Source of the DNA: Gemmatimonadota bacterium
Lineage (GTDB): Bacteria > 4572-55 > J002
Assembly: GCA_003697105.1 (NCBI GenBank)
Contig: RFFQ01000134.1
Coordinates: forward strand, 1-46,150
Length of the DNA stretch: 46,150 bases
Direction: 5' to 3'
The notes below the pieces were generated by a model. That model saw only the letters and a list, made by a program, of their open reading frames with translations, was not told the DNA's origin and made no database searches. Of this stretch, positions 27,053-36,788 are shown in pieces. Position numbers and translations under genes: made by a program. The number at the start of each line of letters is the position of its first letter. Within the stretch, counting starts at the first letter, position 1.

Positions 27053-28126
27053 TTACTCATTGGATTCATTGGAATTGAGTTTAGCTTTCAGCTCGGCGAT
27101 TTCGCGTTGGAGGTTTTTGATGGTGGCGCTTAGTTCTGGCAGATGGCGGTAAGCGATCCAAGACCGCTTTTCTTGGGAGAGTTCCTGTACCGGTGTCCCC
27201 CAATAGATACCTTTTTTGGGGAGACTCTTAGAGACCCCCGCTTGCGCCGCCAAAATCACTTGATCCCCAATGGTCACATGATCGGCAATACCCACCTGAC
27301 CTGCTACCACGCAGTATTTACCGAGTGTGACACTGCCAGATATTCCAGCTTGCCCGCTGATCGTGGTGTGCTCTCCGATCACATCATTATGACCGATTTG
27401 AACTAAGTTATCAATTTTTGTGCCCTGTTTGATGCGGGTTTCGCCGATAGCGCCGCGATCAATGGCGGTGTTGGCGCCGATCTCGACATCGTCCTCAATA
27501 ATGACAGTGCCAATTTGTGGGATTTTATAGTATCTGCCTGTGTTTTCATCCATAACATAGCCGAAGCCGTCACTGCCGACTACCGTACCGCTATGGATAA
27601 TCACCCGGTTGCCAATTTCAATTTGGTCATATAGTGTCACGTTTGCCCGGATGGTACAATTGTTGCCGATTTTCACACCGTTGCCGATCACCACATTGGG
27701 ATAGACCACGGTCTGGTCACCAATCTGTACCTTTTCTCCGATCACCACACCCGCCATAAGGGTCACCTCTTTACCGATTTGGGCGGATTCACTAACCCTT
27801 GCGGTTGGATCAATGCCGGGGGTGATTTTTGTGGCTGGATGTAATAGATGGATCAACTGGGCAAATGCGAAACGGGGGTTGGGATGGAAGATTAAATTTC
27901 TGCCGGTAGATGTCTCTTTGAATGGAAGCGGGACAATAATCGCAGAGGCACCGGTCTGGAGTGCTTTTTTAAACTTGATGTTATCTAGGGCGAAAATGAT
28001 CTGGCCGGGGGTGGCATGTTCAAGGCTGCCCACCCCGGTAATAGCTTGGGTTGCATCGCCGGTGAACTCTGCATGGAGAAAATCGGCGATTTGTTGAATG
28101 GTTTTCATGGTGAATACCCTTAGCAT
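27053..28126 (-). CDS. lpxD: UDP-3-O-acylglucosamine N-acyltransferase (start may be ATG 28108)
   Basis: NPRFAFA, hexapeptide repeats, GSDGFGY, KIPQIG.V.IEDDVEIGAN..IDRG, KIDNLVQIGHN. Confidence 0.96.
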   Translation of the reverse strand: MLRVFTMKTIQQIADFLHAEFTGDATQAITGVGSLEHATPGQIIFALDNIKFKKALQTGASAIIVPLPFKETSTGRNLIFHPNPRFAFAQLIHLLHPATKITPGIDPTARVSESAQIGKEVTLMAGVVIGEKVQIGDQTVVYPNVVIGNGVKIGNNCTIRANVTLYDQIEIGNRVIIHSGTVVGSDGFGYVMDENTGRYYKIPQIGTVIIEDDVEIGANTAIDRGAIGETRIKQGTKIDNLVQIGHNDVIGEHTTISGQAGISGSVTLGKYCVVAGQVGIADHVTIGDQVILAAQAGVSKSLPKKGIYWGTPVQELSQEKRSWIAYRHLPELSATIKNLQREIAELKAKLNSNESNE

Positions 28127-29598
28127 TACTCATAGGATTTGCGCATTCGGGAAGGCAATATCTTTAATTGTTCACGATATTTTGCAACCGTACGGCGAGC
28201 GATGTTGATGCCCCGTTTTTGCATCTCTTGGGCAATTTTTTTATCACTGAGGGGTTTACGCGGGTTTTCTTTGGCGATCAGCTCTTTGATGATATTTTTG
28301 GCTGTGGTGGCGGAGACATCTTCGCCGGAATCGGTGCCAAGCCCACTATCAAAAAAATACTTCAGTTCAAAAACACCATGCGGGGTTTGGACATATTTCC
28401 CATTGGTTACCCGGCTAACGGTAGATTCGTGGACGCCGATTTTTTCAGCGACTTCCAGCAAATTCATGGGTTTGAGTTTGGAAATCCCATGATCAAAGAA
28501 CTCTCGCTGAGATTCCACAATACATTCCATGGTGCGTACCATCGTTTTCCGGCGCTGGTCAATGGTCTTAATCAACCATTTGGCGGAACTTAGTTTATCG
28601 GCAACATATTCTTTGGTTTTTTCAGAGCCGTTTTTATCCCGCAGGATGCTACGGTAGGCACGACTGACCCGCAAGCGGGGGATGTTGCGGTCATTGACAT
28701 ACACCACATAGTCATCACCCACCCGGTCCACGATCAAATCGGGGGTAACATGTTCGCTACCAACACCCGAAGAGAAGGCTAAGCCCGGCTTCGGATTCAA
28801 TTTGGCAATAGCTTGCGCGTAGCGTTCCACATCTTTCGGGGAGGACAGACCCAGACGCTTTGCAATTTGGGGATAGCGCTTGTGTATAAAATCATCCCAA
28901 TGCTTATCAATGATTTGTTCGGCAATATCGTCCTCAAATTCCAATTCGCGTGCCCGGACTTGTATCAGCAGACATTCCCGAATATCACGAGCGCCGACAC
29001 CGAGCGGGTCGAAGGTTTGAATCATTTGGAGGGCTATCTGGACATTTTCGACGGTTTCACCGAGTTCTTCGGCTAATTCTTCCACAGATGCCATCAAATA
29101 GCCATAGTCATCGAGGTTACCAATAATGTACTCCCCAATGTCCTGCATTTTCTGGGAACTGGCCCGGATATGGAGTTGCCGCCGCAGGTGCTCATGGAGG
29201 TTCGTCCGGGTACCGGGTTCGGGGCGGTATGGCTCTTCGTCGTTCTTGCTGTAGTCGCGCACCATGTAGTCTGATTCATACGGATCGCCTAGAATTTCAT
29301 CAATTTGGCTATCAATATTGGTATCTTCTACCGGTTCGGCGGTTTCTTCGCGTTCTTTTTCCGTATCCAAATTGAGTTCTTCGTCGATGGTATCTTCTTG
29401 CTCTTCCTGGGCTTTTTCGTCCAGTTCCTCTTCTGTTTCCTCGATCTCTTCCAATAAGGGATTTTCCATCAATTCCTGCCGGATCATCTGTTCCAGTTGG
29501 AGGGTCGGAACTTGCAAAATTTTAAGCGCCTGCTGGAGCTTTGGTGTCATCACCAATTTTTGTGTCTGTTTGAGTTGTAAGCCGGTGCGCAACTCCAT
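28126..29598 (-). CDS. rpoN: RNA polymerase sigma-54 factor
   Basis: Region I QKLVMTPKLQQALKILQ, HESTVSR HTH, RpoN box ARRTVAKYRE; GAGGA SD before ATG 29598. Confidence 0.97.
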   Translation of the reverse strand: MELRTGLQLKQTQKLVMTPKLQQALKILQVPTLQLEQMIRQELMENPLLEEIEETEEELDEKAQEEQEDTIDEELNLDTEKEREETAEPVEDTNIDSQIDEILGDPYESDYMVRDYSKNDEEPYRPEPGTRTNLHEHLRRQLHIRASSQKMQDIGEYIIGNLDDYGYLMASVEELAEELGETVENVQIALQMIQTFDPLGVGARDIRECLLIQVRARELEFEDDIAEQIIDKHWDDFIHKRYPQIAKRLGLSSPKDVERYAQAIAKLNPKPGLAFSSGVGSEHVTPDLIVDRVGDDYVVYVNDRNIPRLRVSRAYRSILRDKNGSEKTKEYVADKLSSAKWLIKTIDQRRKTMVRTMECIVESQREFFDHGISKLKPMNLLEVAEKIGVHESTVSRVTNGKYVQTPHGVFELKYFFDSGLGTDSGEDVSATTAKNIIKELIAKENPRKPLSDKKIAQEMQKRGINIARRTVAKYREQLKILPSRMRKSYE

Positions 29599-29690
29599 TA
29601 TAGATTCCTCATTCAATAACCCGTAAAAAAATTGAGATGGGGGTCAATCTGCGGTGCAATGCCTTATTAGGGGGCATGGCAACGTTCCAA

Positions 29691-29720
29691 ACTATAACCT
29701 CAATTCAAGAAATATGTCAA
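29691..29720 (-). promoter_or_regulatory. Sigma70-type promoter upstream of rpoN
   Basis: Minus strand TTGACA-18 nt-TATAGT. Confidence 0.6.
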
Positions 29721-29787
29721 GTAAATCTTTCAACATCTGGACTAAATTTACCGGTTGAACCCGTTGATAACGTTTCAACATCTTGAT

Positions 29788-29823
29788 AATAAAACCCTTA
29801 GGCTATGAAAACACCTAAGGGTT
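29788..29823 (-). terminator. Rho-independent terminator of aspS
   Basis: Perfect 10-bp stem AACCCTTAGG / CCTAAGGGTT, followed on the minus strand by TTATT. Confidence 0.7.
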
Positions 29824-29863
29824 GAGTCCGCCCAAATACGTGACAATGTTTTTGGAATGACCC

Positions 29864-31666
29864 TTATTTTTCGGGTGTTTTGTTTTTTACATCTAATTTG
29901 ATATGCAACTCGGACAATAATGCCGGATCCGCCGGAGCGGGCGAGTCAGACATTAATTCCACTGCTTTGAGCGTTTTCGGGAAGGCAATGGTTTCGCGGA
30001 TGCTCTTTTTACCGAGCAACAACATCACAATCCGGTCAATACCGGTTGCCAAGCCACCGTGGGGGGGTGCGCCATATTCAAATGCTTTGAGCATAAAACC
30101 AAATTTTTGTTCGGCTTCTTCCTCACTCAGTCCGATGATGTTCATCACCCGTTGTTGAATGTCTCGCCGGTGGATTCGGATACTGCCCGAGCCAAGTTCC
30201 ACCCCGTTACAAACAAGGTCATATAGTTGGGCGCGCACACGTCCGGGGTCATCTTCCATCCAATCAAGGCAGTCATAGTGAGGCATGGTAAACATGTGGT
30301 GGGCGGGTGCCCACGTGTTGGTTTCTTCATCGTGCTCAAACAACGGAAAGTCGGTTACCCACAGAAAATTATATTGGCTGGAGTCGATTAAGCCCAATTC
30401 CTCTCCTAATTTCAAGCGTAAATTCGCCAAGGATTGGTAAACTACTTTCGGTTTATCGGCAACAAAAAAGAGCATGTCACCTTCTTCTGCCTGCGCCAGG
30501 GTGATGATCTGGGCCTGTTCCGCCTCATTAAAAAATTTGGAGATACCGCCACTGAGAGCACCCCCCGTCACCTTCATCCAAGCTAACCCTTTTGCACCGT
30601 AATGTTCGACAAAGCGGGTCAGTTCATCAATTTTTTTGCGGGAGATGTCCGGTGCGGCGCCTTTTGCGTTCAGCCCGCGCACCAACCCGCCATTTTCAAT
30701 TGTACTCCGAAAGACCTTGAATTCACATACGCGGGCAACGTCTGCATAATCGATGATTTCCATGCCAAAGCGGGTATCCGGTTTATCGCTCCCATAACGG
30801 CGCATGGCTTCATCATAGGTCAGACGCGGTACTTCTCCGATTTCATAATCGATGGTGGCTTTAAACATCGCCCGAAAAACCCCTTCGACCACCCGAAACA
30901 CGTCTTCTTGGTGGACAAAGCTCATTTCAAGGTCGATTTGGGTATGCTCCGGTTGGCGGTCTCCACGCGAATCCTCATCCCGGAAACAGCGGGCAATTTG
31001 GTAGTATTTATCACAGCCGGAGACCATCAAAATCTGCTTGTAAATCTGAGGTGACTGCGGGAGCGCGTAAAATTTACCCGGATAAAGCCGGCTAGGGACA
31101 ATGTAATCTCGGGCGCCTTCTGGTGTGGGACGGATAAGGCAGGGAGTTTCGATCTCCAAAAAGCCCTCGTTGTTGAGGAACTGCCGGGCGGCATTCACCG
31201 CTTCGTGCCGGATACGCAACATTTTTTGCATCTCTGCCCGACGCAAGTCCAGATAACGATACTCTAAGCGCAGTTCTTCCGATGCGCGGGGGTCATCTTC
31301 GATTAAAAATGGCGGGGTTTGGGAATCATTGAGGATATATATTTCATGGGCTTTTACTTCAATGTCGCCGGTTGGCATGTTGGGGTTTGCCATGCCTTCG
31401 GGGCGGGCTTCCACGACACCTTTTACCGCAATCACAAATTCCCGCGCCAGATTACCGGCTTTTTCGTGGGCTTCCGGCTGAATATCCGGGTTGAAATTGA
31501 TCTGGGTGATGCCGTACCGGTCTCGCAAATCGATAAAAATAATCTGTCCCAAGTCGCGACGGCGATGCACCCAGCCCATCAGGGTGATGGTCTCGCCGAT
31601 GTTTTTGGTGGTTAATGCCCCACAATTATACTGGCGGTGGAGGTTCGCCATTGTGTCCAAAACCAT
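29864..31666 (-). CDS. aspS: Aspartate--tRNA ligase
   Basis: GWVHRRRDLG, RYLDLRR, TPEGARDY, FYALPQSPQ, RCFRDED, GAD insert, GSIRIH, GAPPHGG. Confidence 0.97.
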   Translation of the reverse strand: MVLDTMANLHRQYNCGALTTKNIGETITLMGWVHRRRDLGQIIFIDLRDRYGITQINFNPDIQPEAHEKAGNLAREFVIAVKGVVEARPEGMANPNMPTGDIEVKAHEIYILNDSQTPPFLIEDDPRASEELRLEYRYLDLRRAEMQKMLRIRHEAVNAARQFLNNEGFLEIETPCLIRPTPEGARDYIVPSRLYPGKFYALPQSPQIYKQILMVSGCDKYYQIARCFRDEDSRGDRQPEHTQIDLEMSFVHQEDVFRVVEGVFRAMFKATIDYEIGEVPRLTYDEAMRRYGSDKPDTRFGMEIIDYADVARVCEFKVFRSTIENGGLVRGLNAKGAAPDISRKKIDELTRFVEHYGAKGLAWMKVTGGALSGGISKFFNEAEQAQIITLAQAEEGDMLFFVADKPKVVYQSLANLRLKLGEELGLIDSSQYNFLWVTDFPLFEHDEETNTWAPAHHMFTMPHYDCLDWMEDDPGRVRAQLYDLVCNGVELGSGSIRIHRRDIQQRVMNIIGLSEEEAEQKFGFMLKAFEYGAPPHGGLATGIDRIVMLLLGKKSIRETIAFPKTLKAVELMSDSPAPADPALLSELHIKLDVKNKTPEK

Positions 31667-31718
31667 AACATACTCCTCAATTGATGCACAAAAGGTTTAG
31701 TTGGGTCGAATTCTGCTG

Positions 31719-32567
31719 TTAATTTTGGGTTTCCGTATATCTCAAACCGTGGGGTGTTTGTTTGATTTTGCCATTTTTCATCAATCGTCCCACTGCTCGT
31801 TTGAACGCTTTTTTACTCATGTTTAAAGTCTGTTTGATTTCCGCCGGCGAGCTTTTATCGTGCAATGGCAAAAATCCGCCGTTTTGCTGGAGTTCCTTCA
31901 AAATCCGCTCACTGTCAATGTTCATTTGTTGGGGGATGTCTTTTGTGGGGGAGAGGTCTAGTTTACCATCCTGCCGGACATTGATCACCCGTGCCTCGAT
32001 CACTTCGCCCGGTAGATACACCCGGAACTGTTGCGTGGCAGGAATCAAACCAGAATAGCGGTTATCCACAGCGACAAACACGCCCACACCGTTTTTAACA
32101 AGATAAACCGTGCCGTTTACAATTTGATGTTTGTGATAAGGACTATCCGGTTGCAGATATTTCTCGATATAGGTTGTCGCGCATAGCCGTCCGGAGGCGT
32201 CTTCGTACACCGCCACCAGATAGCTTTTGCCGGGGTGAACGGGATAGCGCTGTTCCTTAAACGGCAGAAGCAAATCCTTGGGTAAGCCCCAATCCAAAAA
32301 CGCTCCGATCCGCGTATTCTGAACCACTTTTAGCCGGGCTAATTGCCCGACCATTACCCGTGGGATTTCGGTGGTTGCCGTTAAGCGGTCTTCGGAGTCG
32401 CGGTAGAGGAAGACTTGCACGTTTGTTCCCCGTCGCATGGAGGGCGTCAAATAGCGGCGTGGCATGAAGACTGGCACCGGTTTATCCAGAGATGTATCAA
32501 TAAGATATGCTCCGTTAGCAGTCAGTCGGTCAATTTTAAGAGTGTGTATTTTACCAATTTCGAGCAT
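31719..32567 (-). CDS. cvfB: CvfB/YitL family S1 RNA-binding protein
   Basis: FLYRDSEDRL.AT, GAFLDWGLPKDLL.P, DGKLDLS, WH end DKSSP..I.....MSKKAFKRAVG.L.K. Confidence 0.9.
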   Translation of the reverse strand: MLEIGKIHTLKIDRLTANGAYLIDTSLDKPVPVFMPRRYLTPSMRRGTNVQVFLYRDSEDRLTATTEIPRVMVGQLARLKVVQNTRIGAFLDWGLPKDLLLPFKEQRYPVHPGKSYLVAVYEDASGRLCATTYIEKYLQPDSPYHKHQIVNGTVYLVKNGVGVFVAVDNRYSGLIPATQQFRVYLPGEVIEARVINVRQDGKLDLSPTKDIPQQMNIDSERILKELQQNGGFLPLHDKSSPAEIKQTLNMSKKAFKRAVGRLMKNGKIKQTPHGLRYTETQN

Positions 32568-32577
32568 CGTATCCTGT

Positions 32578-32713
32578 CAGCTCTGAAGAATACTATTTGA
32601 TCCGAAATCGCTTATATTAAGGGCAAAAGATCAAAATAGCGCGAAAACATTTTTTTCATACCTGCGTGAGACACTTGATATAGCACACGTTTCATAGGTA
32701 TTCTTCAGGGCTG
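32578..32713. mobile_element. 136-bp non-autonomous MITE
   Basis: TIRs CAGCTCTGAAGAATAC (32578-32593) and GTATTCTTCAGGGCTG (32698-32713; reverse complement matches 15/16), flanked by 8-bp direct repeat TATCCTGT (32570-32577 and 32714-32721). Confidence 0.85.
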
Positions 32714-32789
32714 TATCCTGTAGGGGTTAATGGTAATATTAATGGCAAATGCACGGGTTCATGTTCCATATACCGTTGACCCGGCACGG

Positions 32790-32876
32790 TTTATCTTTCA
32801 TCCTTCATCCTTCATCCTTCCGCCTTCATCCTTCCGCCTTCATCCTTCATCCTTCCAATGCCTTCCGCCTTCATCC
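32790..32876. repeat. Heptamer tandem repeat (TTCATCC/TTCCGCC), about 12 units
   Basis: TTTATCT, TTCATCC x3, TTCCGCC, TTCATCC, TTCCGCC, TTCATCC x2, TTCCAATGCC, TTCCGCC, TTCATCC, ending at the dinG stop codon. Confidence 0.92.
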
Positions 32877-35750
32877 TTAATAGACCGTCAACCATTGTTT
32901 AATTTCTTCCCCGATTTGGCGCGCCGTGCGGAACTCCCGGTGGCGTACTGGCAGGGAATTCAAAAACTCCCGCCCGTAACGCGTTTGGAGAACACGATTA
33001 TCCATAATAAAGACTATTCCTTTGTCGTTCTTGGTGCGAATCACACGCCCGAAGCCCTGCCGGAAGCGGATCACCGCTAGCGGTACGGCGTATTCCATAA
33101 ACGAATTTCGTCCTTGGCGCTCAATTGCCTCCGTGCGGGCTTGGATGATTGGTTCGGAGGGGAGGGCAAAGGGCAATTTGGTGAGGTACAACAGTTGTAA
33201 GCTCTCCCCTGGGACATCCACCCCTTCCCAAAAGCTATCGGTGCCTAATAAAATCGATTCGTTTACCATCTTAAATTCGTTGAGCACTTGCGAAGGGTTG
33301 CCATCAATGCCTTGCCCGAGGACGAGAATATCGCTTTCTTCCAATTCCTCCTTGATGTTTTCGTACACCTGATGGAGCATGCTGTAGGAGGTAAACAGCG
33401 CCAATGCTCCCCGCCGGGCATACCGGGTCACGCGCTTGATAAAATCGATAGTGGCGGCGGTATATTCCTCAAATTGTTTCGGGGAGGGGAAATAGGAGAG
33501 GGCGCATACTTGTACCTGCTTATCAAAATTAAAGGGCGACCCGATGTTGTAGGTGGTCACCCGCTCGGCTTGATCACTCTCTTTCAACCCGAGACGTTCA
33601 CGCATAAAATCAAATTTACCATTGACTTGCAACGTAGCAGAGGTCATAACAATGGCGTGCATGTGGTCATAAAGCAAGGTGTTGATCGCATTGGATATAT
33701 CGATTGGTGCGGCTAGCAGGCGCACATCATCACTGCCTTCTTTTTTCGGGGCTTCCGCCCAATACACATATTGTGGGTCGTATCCCTCCATCAAGATGCT
33801 GGTCTTGTTTTGTAATAGTTCGAGATCGACCACCTTGCTTTTTAATTCTTCGCTCAAGTCATCCACACCGGGCAAATCTTGCACGGAAATATCACTTAAG
33901 ACGACGGCAAAACTGTCGAGGTCATTTTTAAGGGTATCGATCTCATCCATAAAGTCCATGAAAGGCGTGGATGCCGCTTTTAACAGATGGTGCCCCGCGG
34001 CATAACGTAATTTTTTGAGCGGGTAATCATCCCGATCCGAGAGCTTGCTCATAAATGTGGAAAGTGCCCGGAAGAAGGAATTGGCGGCTTTATGTACCTG
34101 ATTAATTTCTTCAATGATCTTTTCATTGCGTTCGGAAAGTTGTCGTTGGATACTACGCCGTAGGGTGGATTTCGCCAGCATCCGCCGGACATCGGTGAGT
34201 AAACCAAAATCGGTGCGGTCTTTTTGATAGAGGTAATTCAGCAGATTTTTAACTTCCCACGGGTTGAGTTCATAGCCCAAATAGCTGGTTGCCACGGCTT
34301 CCAGATTGTGGGCTTCATCAAACACAATATAATTGTATTTCCCTAAAATCCCGTGTTCGGTAGCAAGGTCAGAGAAGAGCAAGGAGTGATTGATCACCAC
34401 AATATGCGCTTCCTGGGCGGCACGGCGGGCTTTAGTGACCCAGCATTTGTCTGTTTTGTGGCACTCGTCCTTGTGGGTGCAATAGAAGCTATCGGAACAC
34501 AACTTTGCCCACAAACCCCGGTTTCGGGAAAGGTTGAACCCGTTATTTTCGTTAATATCCCCAGTTTGGGTATATTGTGACCAAAGTACGATGGGCAGAA
34601 TTGCTGATTTTTCGTAATCCGTCAGACGCCCATCATCGACGTACATGGCATGTTCCCATTTAAACGGGCAAAGATAATTAGAGCGCCCTTTGAGCAACAC
34701 GGCTCGAAAATCGACATCTAACACGCGTTGAACGAGGGGGATGTCCTTGTAAAACAGTTGATCCTGTAAATTTTTGGTATTGGTGGAAATCACCACCCGC
34801 TGGTTGTTCTGTACCGCCCATAGCACTGCCGGAATGAGATACGCCATCGATTTGCCCGTCCCCGTTCCGGCTTCAATCAGGCTAATCGTGCCTTCATTAA
34901 AGGTTTCCGCAACGGCGCGAGCCATCTCGATTTGCGGCTTGCGGACTTCATATTTGGGGAATTTTTGAGCAAATACACCATGTTGTTGGAACATTTTAGC
35001 GATCTCTACCGGATCCAGCGGCTTAACCGGCGTGTCTTCCTGTTCCCGGTCCAGGGCGACCTGCGTGCCGTACTGGTTCGGCGGAAATTTCATCTTTCCC
35101 GCCAATTTGGAGGTTTTTCCTAACGGTGCCGGTTTTAGCACTGCCTCACGATGTTTCTCTACGATTAAATAGCGAAGACCCTCATCCGAATGGTTCAGTA
35201 CACTCAACAGTCGCTCTAACTCTTTTCGATCCAATTGATCCAGTTCATCGAGGAGTTTCAGGTATATTTCCGCCAATACTTGGGCGTCATCATACGCGCG
35301 GTGGGCATGTTGGGTCTCGATTCCAAAATATGCCGCTATCGTTCCCTGCTTGTGATTTGGCAGGTGGGGGAGAATCGAACGGGCTAACGGGAGGGTATCC
35401 AGGATTAGATTTGGGGGATAGTAGCCGTTTGCTTTCAAAAATCCTAAATCAAACGAGGCATTTTGGATGACAATCGGGTCGTTGTCCCCCACAAATTCGA
35501 TCAGGTGGGGTAGAATTTCATCAATTTTGGGCTTATCCCGTACTTGCGCTTGGGTGATGCCTGTCAATTTCGTGATGAACAACGGTATTTCCCGTTCGGG
35601 ATTGATCAGGGCGTAATAGCGGTCGGCATAGCGACCCTCGACATAGCGCACCGCACCGACTTCGATGATCCGTTCGCGTTGGGGATCCAGTCCTGTCGTT
35701 TCTAAGTCGAGCGTCACAAATGAGGTATAAAAGGGACCTTCCTTTGACAC
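32877..35750 (-). CDS. dinG: DnaQ-like 3'-5' exonuclease fused to DinG-family helicase
   Basis: DEDDh motifs DLETTG, NASFD, HRAYDDA; Walker A EAGTGTGKS, KGRSNYLC, Cys cluster, DEAH, TSATL, FWEGVD, QGFGRVIR. Confidence 0.92.
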   Translation of the reverse strand: MSKEGPFYTSFVTLDLETTGLDPQRERIIEVGAVRYVEGRYADRYYALINPEREIPLFITKLTGITQAQVRDKPKIDEILPHLIEFVGDNDPIVIQNASFDLGFLKANGYYPPNLILDTLPLARSILPHLPNHKQGTIAAYFGIETQHAHRAYDDAQVLAEIYLKLLDELDQLDRKELERLLSVLNHSDEGLRYLIVEKHREAVLKPAPLGKTSKLAGKMKFPPNQYGTQVALDREQEDTPVKPLDPVEIAKMFQQHGVFAQKFPKYEVRKPQIEMARAVAETFNEGTISLIEAGTGTGKSMAYLIPAVLWAVQNNQRVVISTNTKNLQDQLFYKDIPLVQRVLDVDFRAVLLKGRSNYLCPFKWEHAMYVDDGRLTDYEKSAILPIVLWSQYTQTGDINENNGFNLSRNRGLWAKLCSDSFYCTHKDECHKTDKCWVTKARRAAQEAHIVVINHSLLFSDLATEHGILGKYNYIVFDEAHNLEAVATSYLGYELNPWEVKNLLNYLYQKDRTDFGLLTDVRRMLAKSTLRRSIQRQLSERNEKIIEEINQVHKAANSFFRALSTFMSKLSDRDDYPLKKLRYAAGHHLLKAASTPFMDFMDEIDTLKNDLDSFAVVLSDISVQDLPGVDDLSEELKSKVVDLELLQNKTSILMEGYDPQYVYWAEAPKKEGSDDVRLLAAPIDISNAINTLLYDHMHAIVMTSATLQVNGKFDFMRERLGLKESDQAERVTTYNIGSPFNFDKQVQVCALSYFPSPKQFEEYTAATIDFIKRVTRYARRGALALFTSYSMLHQVYENIKEELEESDILVLGQGIDGNPSQVLNEFKMVNESILLGTDSFWEGVDVPGESLQLLYLTKLPFALPSEPIIQARTEAIERQGRNSFMEYAVPLAVIRFRQGFGRVIRTKNDKGIVFIMDNRVLQTRYGREFLNSLPVRHREFRTARQIGEEIKQWLTVY

Positions 35751-35843
35751 AGCTTGCGTTTCCTGCCTCAGGGTATCGCGGGTATTTGGTTAAAATTCGC
35801 TGAAAAATAGTACATACCTTAAAAAAAGTCTATACTTTTCCCG

Positions 35844-36788
35844 CTATCGGGGTGGGGGCAGGGTTATATCTGGTGAACCACCTCCATCTGAGCGTACTTG
35901 GTAGCTTCGGAATTCGTATTGAATTACCATCGAGGGAGTTGCTGCCGCGCAAGAGGTGTGTAATTGGAGCTTATCCGGCTGGGAGCGAAGCTCCACGACA
36001 TGGAGCGTACCGCTCTCATCACAAAAGGTGACGTGATGCTGTTCACCGGTCTGTTGGTACTCGTGCAATTGGAATTGGTTCAAACCGCGTTGATTGGCGT
36101 GTTTCCGTACCCAGTAATCCGCAACTTGAACCGGCGCTTCATCGGCACATCGTCCCCGGTATGTTTCCAAATGGATGCGATGGTGCCGGTATTCGGCGAT
36201 GACTTCGACGGCTGTTTCTGGGGTCAACCGCCCAAAACTGAGCGCGTGGGGAAAGACCAACATTGTGGGCGCAAACCGGTGACCGCCAATATGGGTGGAT
36301 TGCCAAACCGGCTCATCCCCGTGCGCTTTCAATGCACGGTACACCGGTAATCCCCACTTGGCACAGCATTTGTCGTGCTTGCCATGGGTACAGACTAAAA
36401 TGAGCGGGTCAAAATGTGCCGGATGCCCCGATGTGCCGGTGACCAGATCGACCAAATTGACGCTCAATAAATCCTCGTAACGGGTCAAGGTCAACGGGTA
36501 GATAGCGGCTTTTCCGCGTTGGCTGTTGATCGCGTAAAACTGCAATCGATCCGGTTGAGGCGTATCATTTTTGATCAGCATCAGTCGAGCGTTAGGCAAC
36601 TTTGCCATTGCTTGTTGGAGGTGCTCCAACATCGCCGGCGGCAGATCGTTATCCTTGGCGGCTTTCTCCCGCCACGGCAGGTGATATTCTATGATAAACC
36701 AGAATTGGTAATGAGGCGCCGTACCGTACAAGTGTTCTTTTGCGGCAGTGGATGCGGCGGAACAGTAAAAATTTGATGTTGCTGGCAT
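35844..36788 (-). CDS. Sucrase/ferredoxin-like (thioredoxin-like 2Fe-2S) protein
   Basis: LVCTHGKHDKCCA, WQSTHIGGHRFAP, FGRL, YRGR; AAGGAG SD before ATG 36788. Confidence 0.88.
   Translation of the reverse strand: MPATSNFYCSAASTAAKEHLYGTAPHYQFWFIIEYHLPWREKAAKDNDLPPAMLEHLQQAMAKLPNARLMLIKNDTPQPDRLQFYAINSQRGKAAIYPLTLTRYEDLLSVNLVDLVTGTSGHPAHFDPLILVCTHGKHDKCCAKWGLPVYRALKAHGDEPVWQSTHIGGHRFAPTMLVFPHALSFGRLTPETAVEVIAEYRHHRIHLETYRGRCADEAPVQVADYWVRKHANQRGLNQFQLHEYQQTGEQHHVTFCDESGTLHVVELRSQPDKLQLHTSCAAATPSMVIQYEFRSYQVRSDGGGSPDITLPPPR

Noticed and set aside
32790-32876. CRISPR array interpretation of the repeat
   Set aside because: 7-bp units without unique spacers; no cas genes
32730-33080. 116-aa ORF with HPSSF repeats
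   Set aside because: Artefact of translating the heptamer array; overlaps dinG antisense
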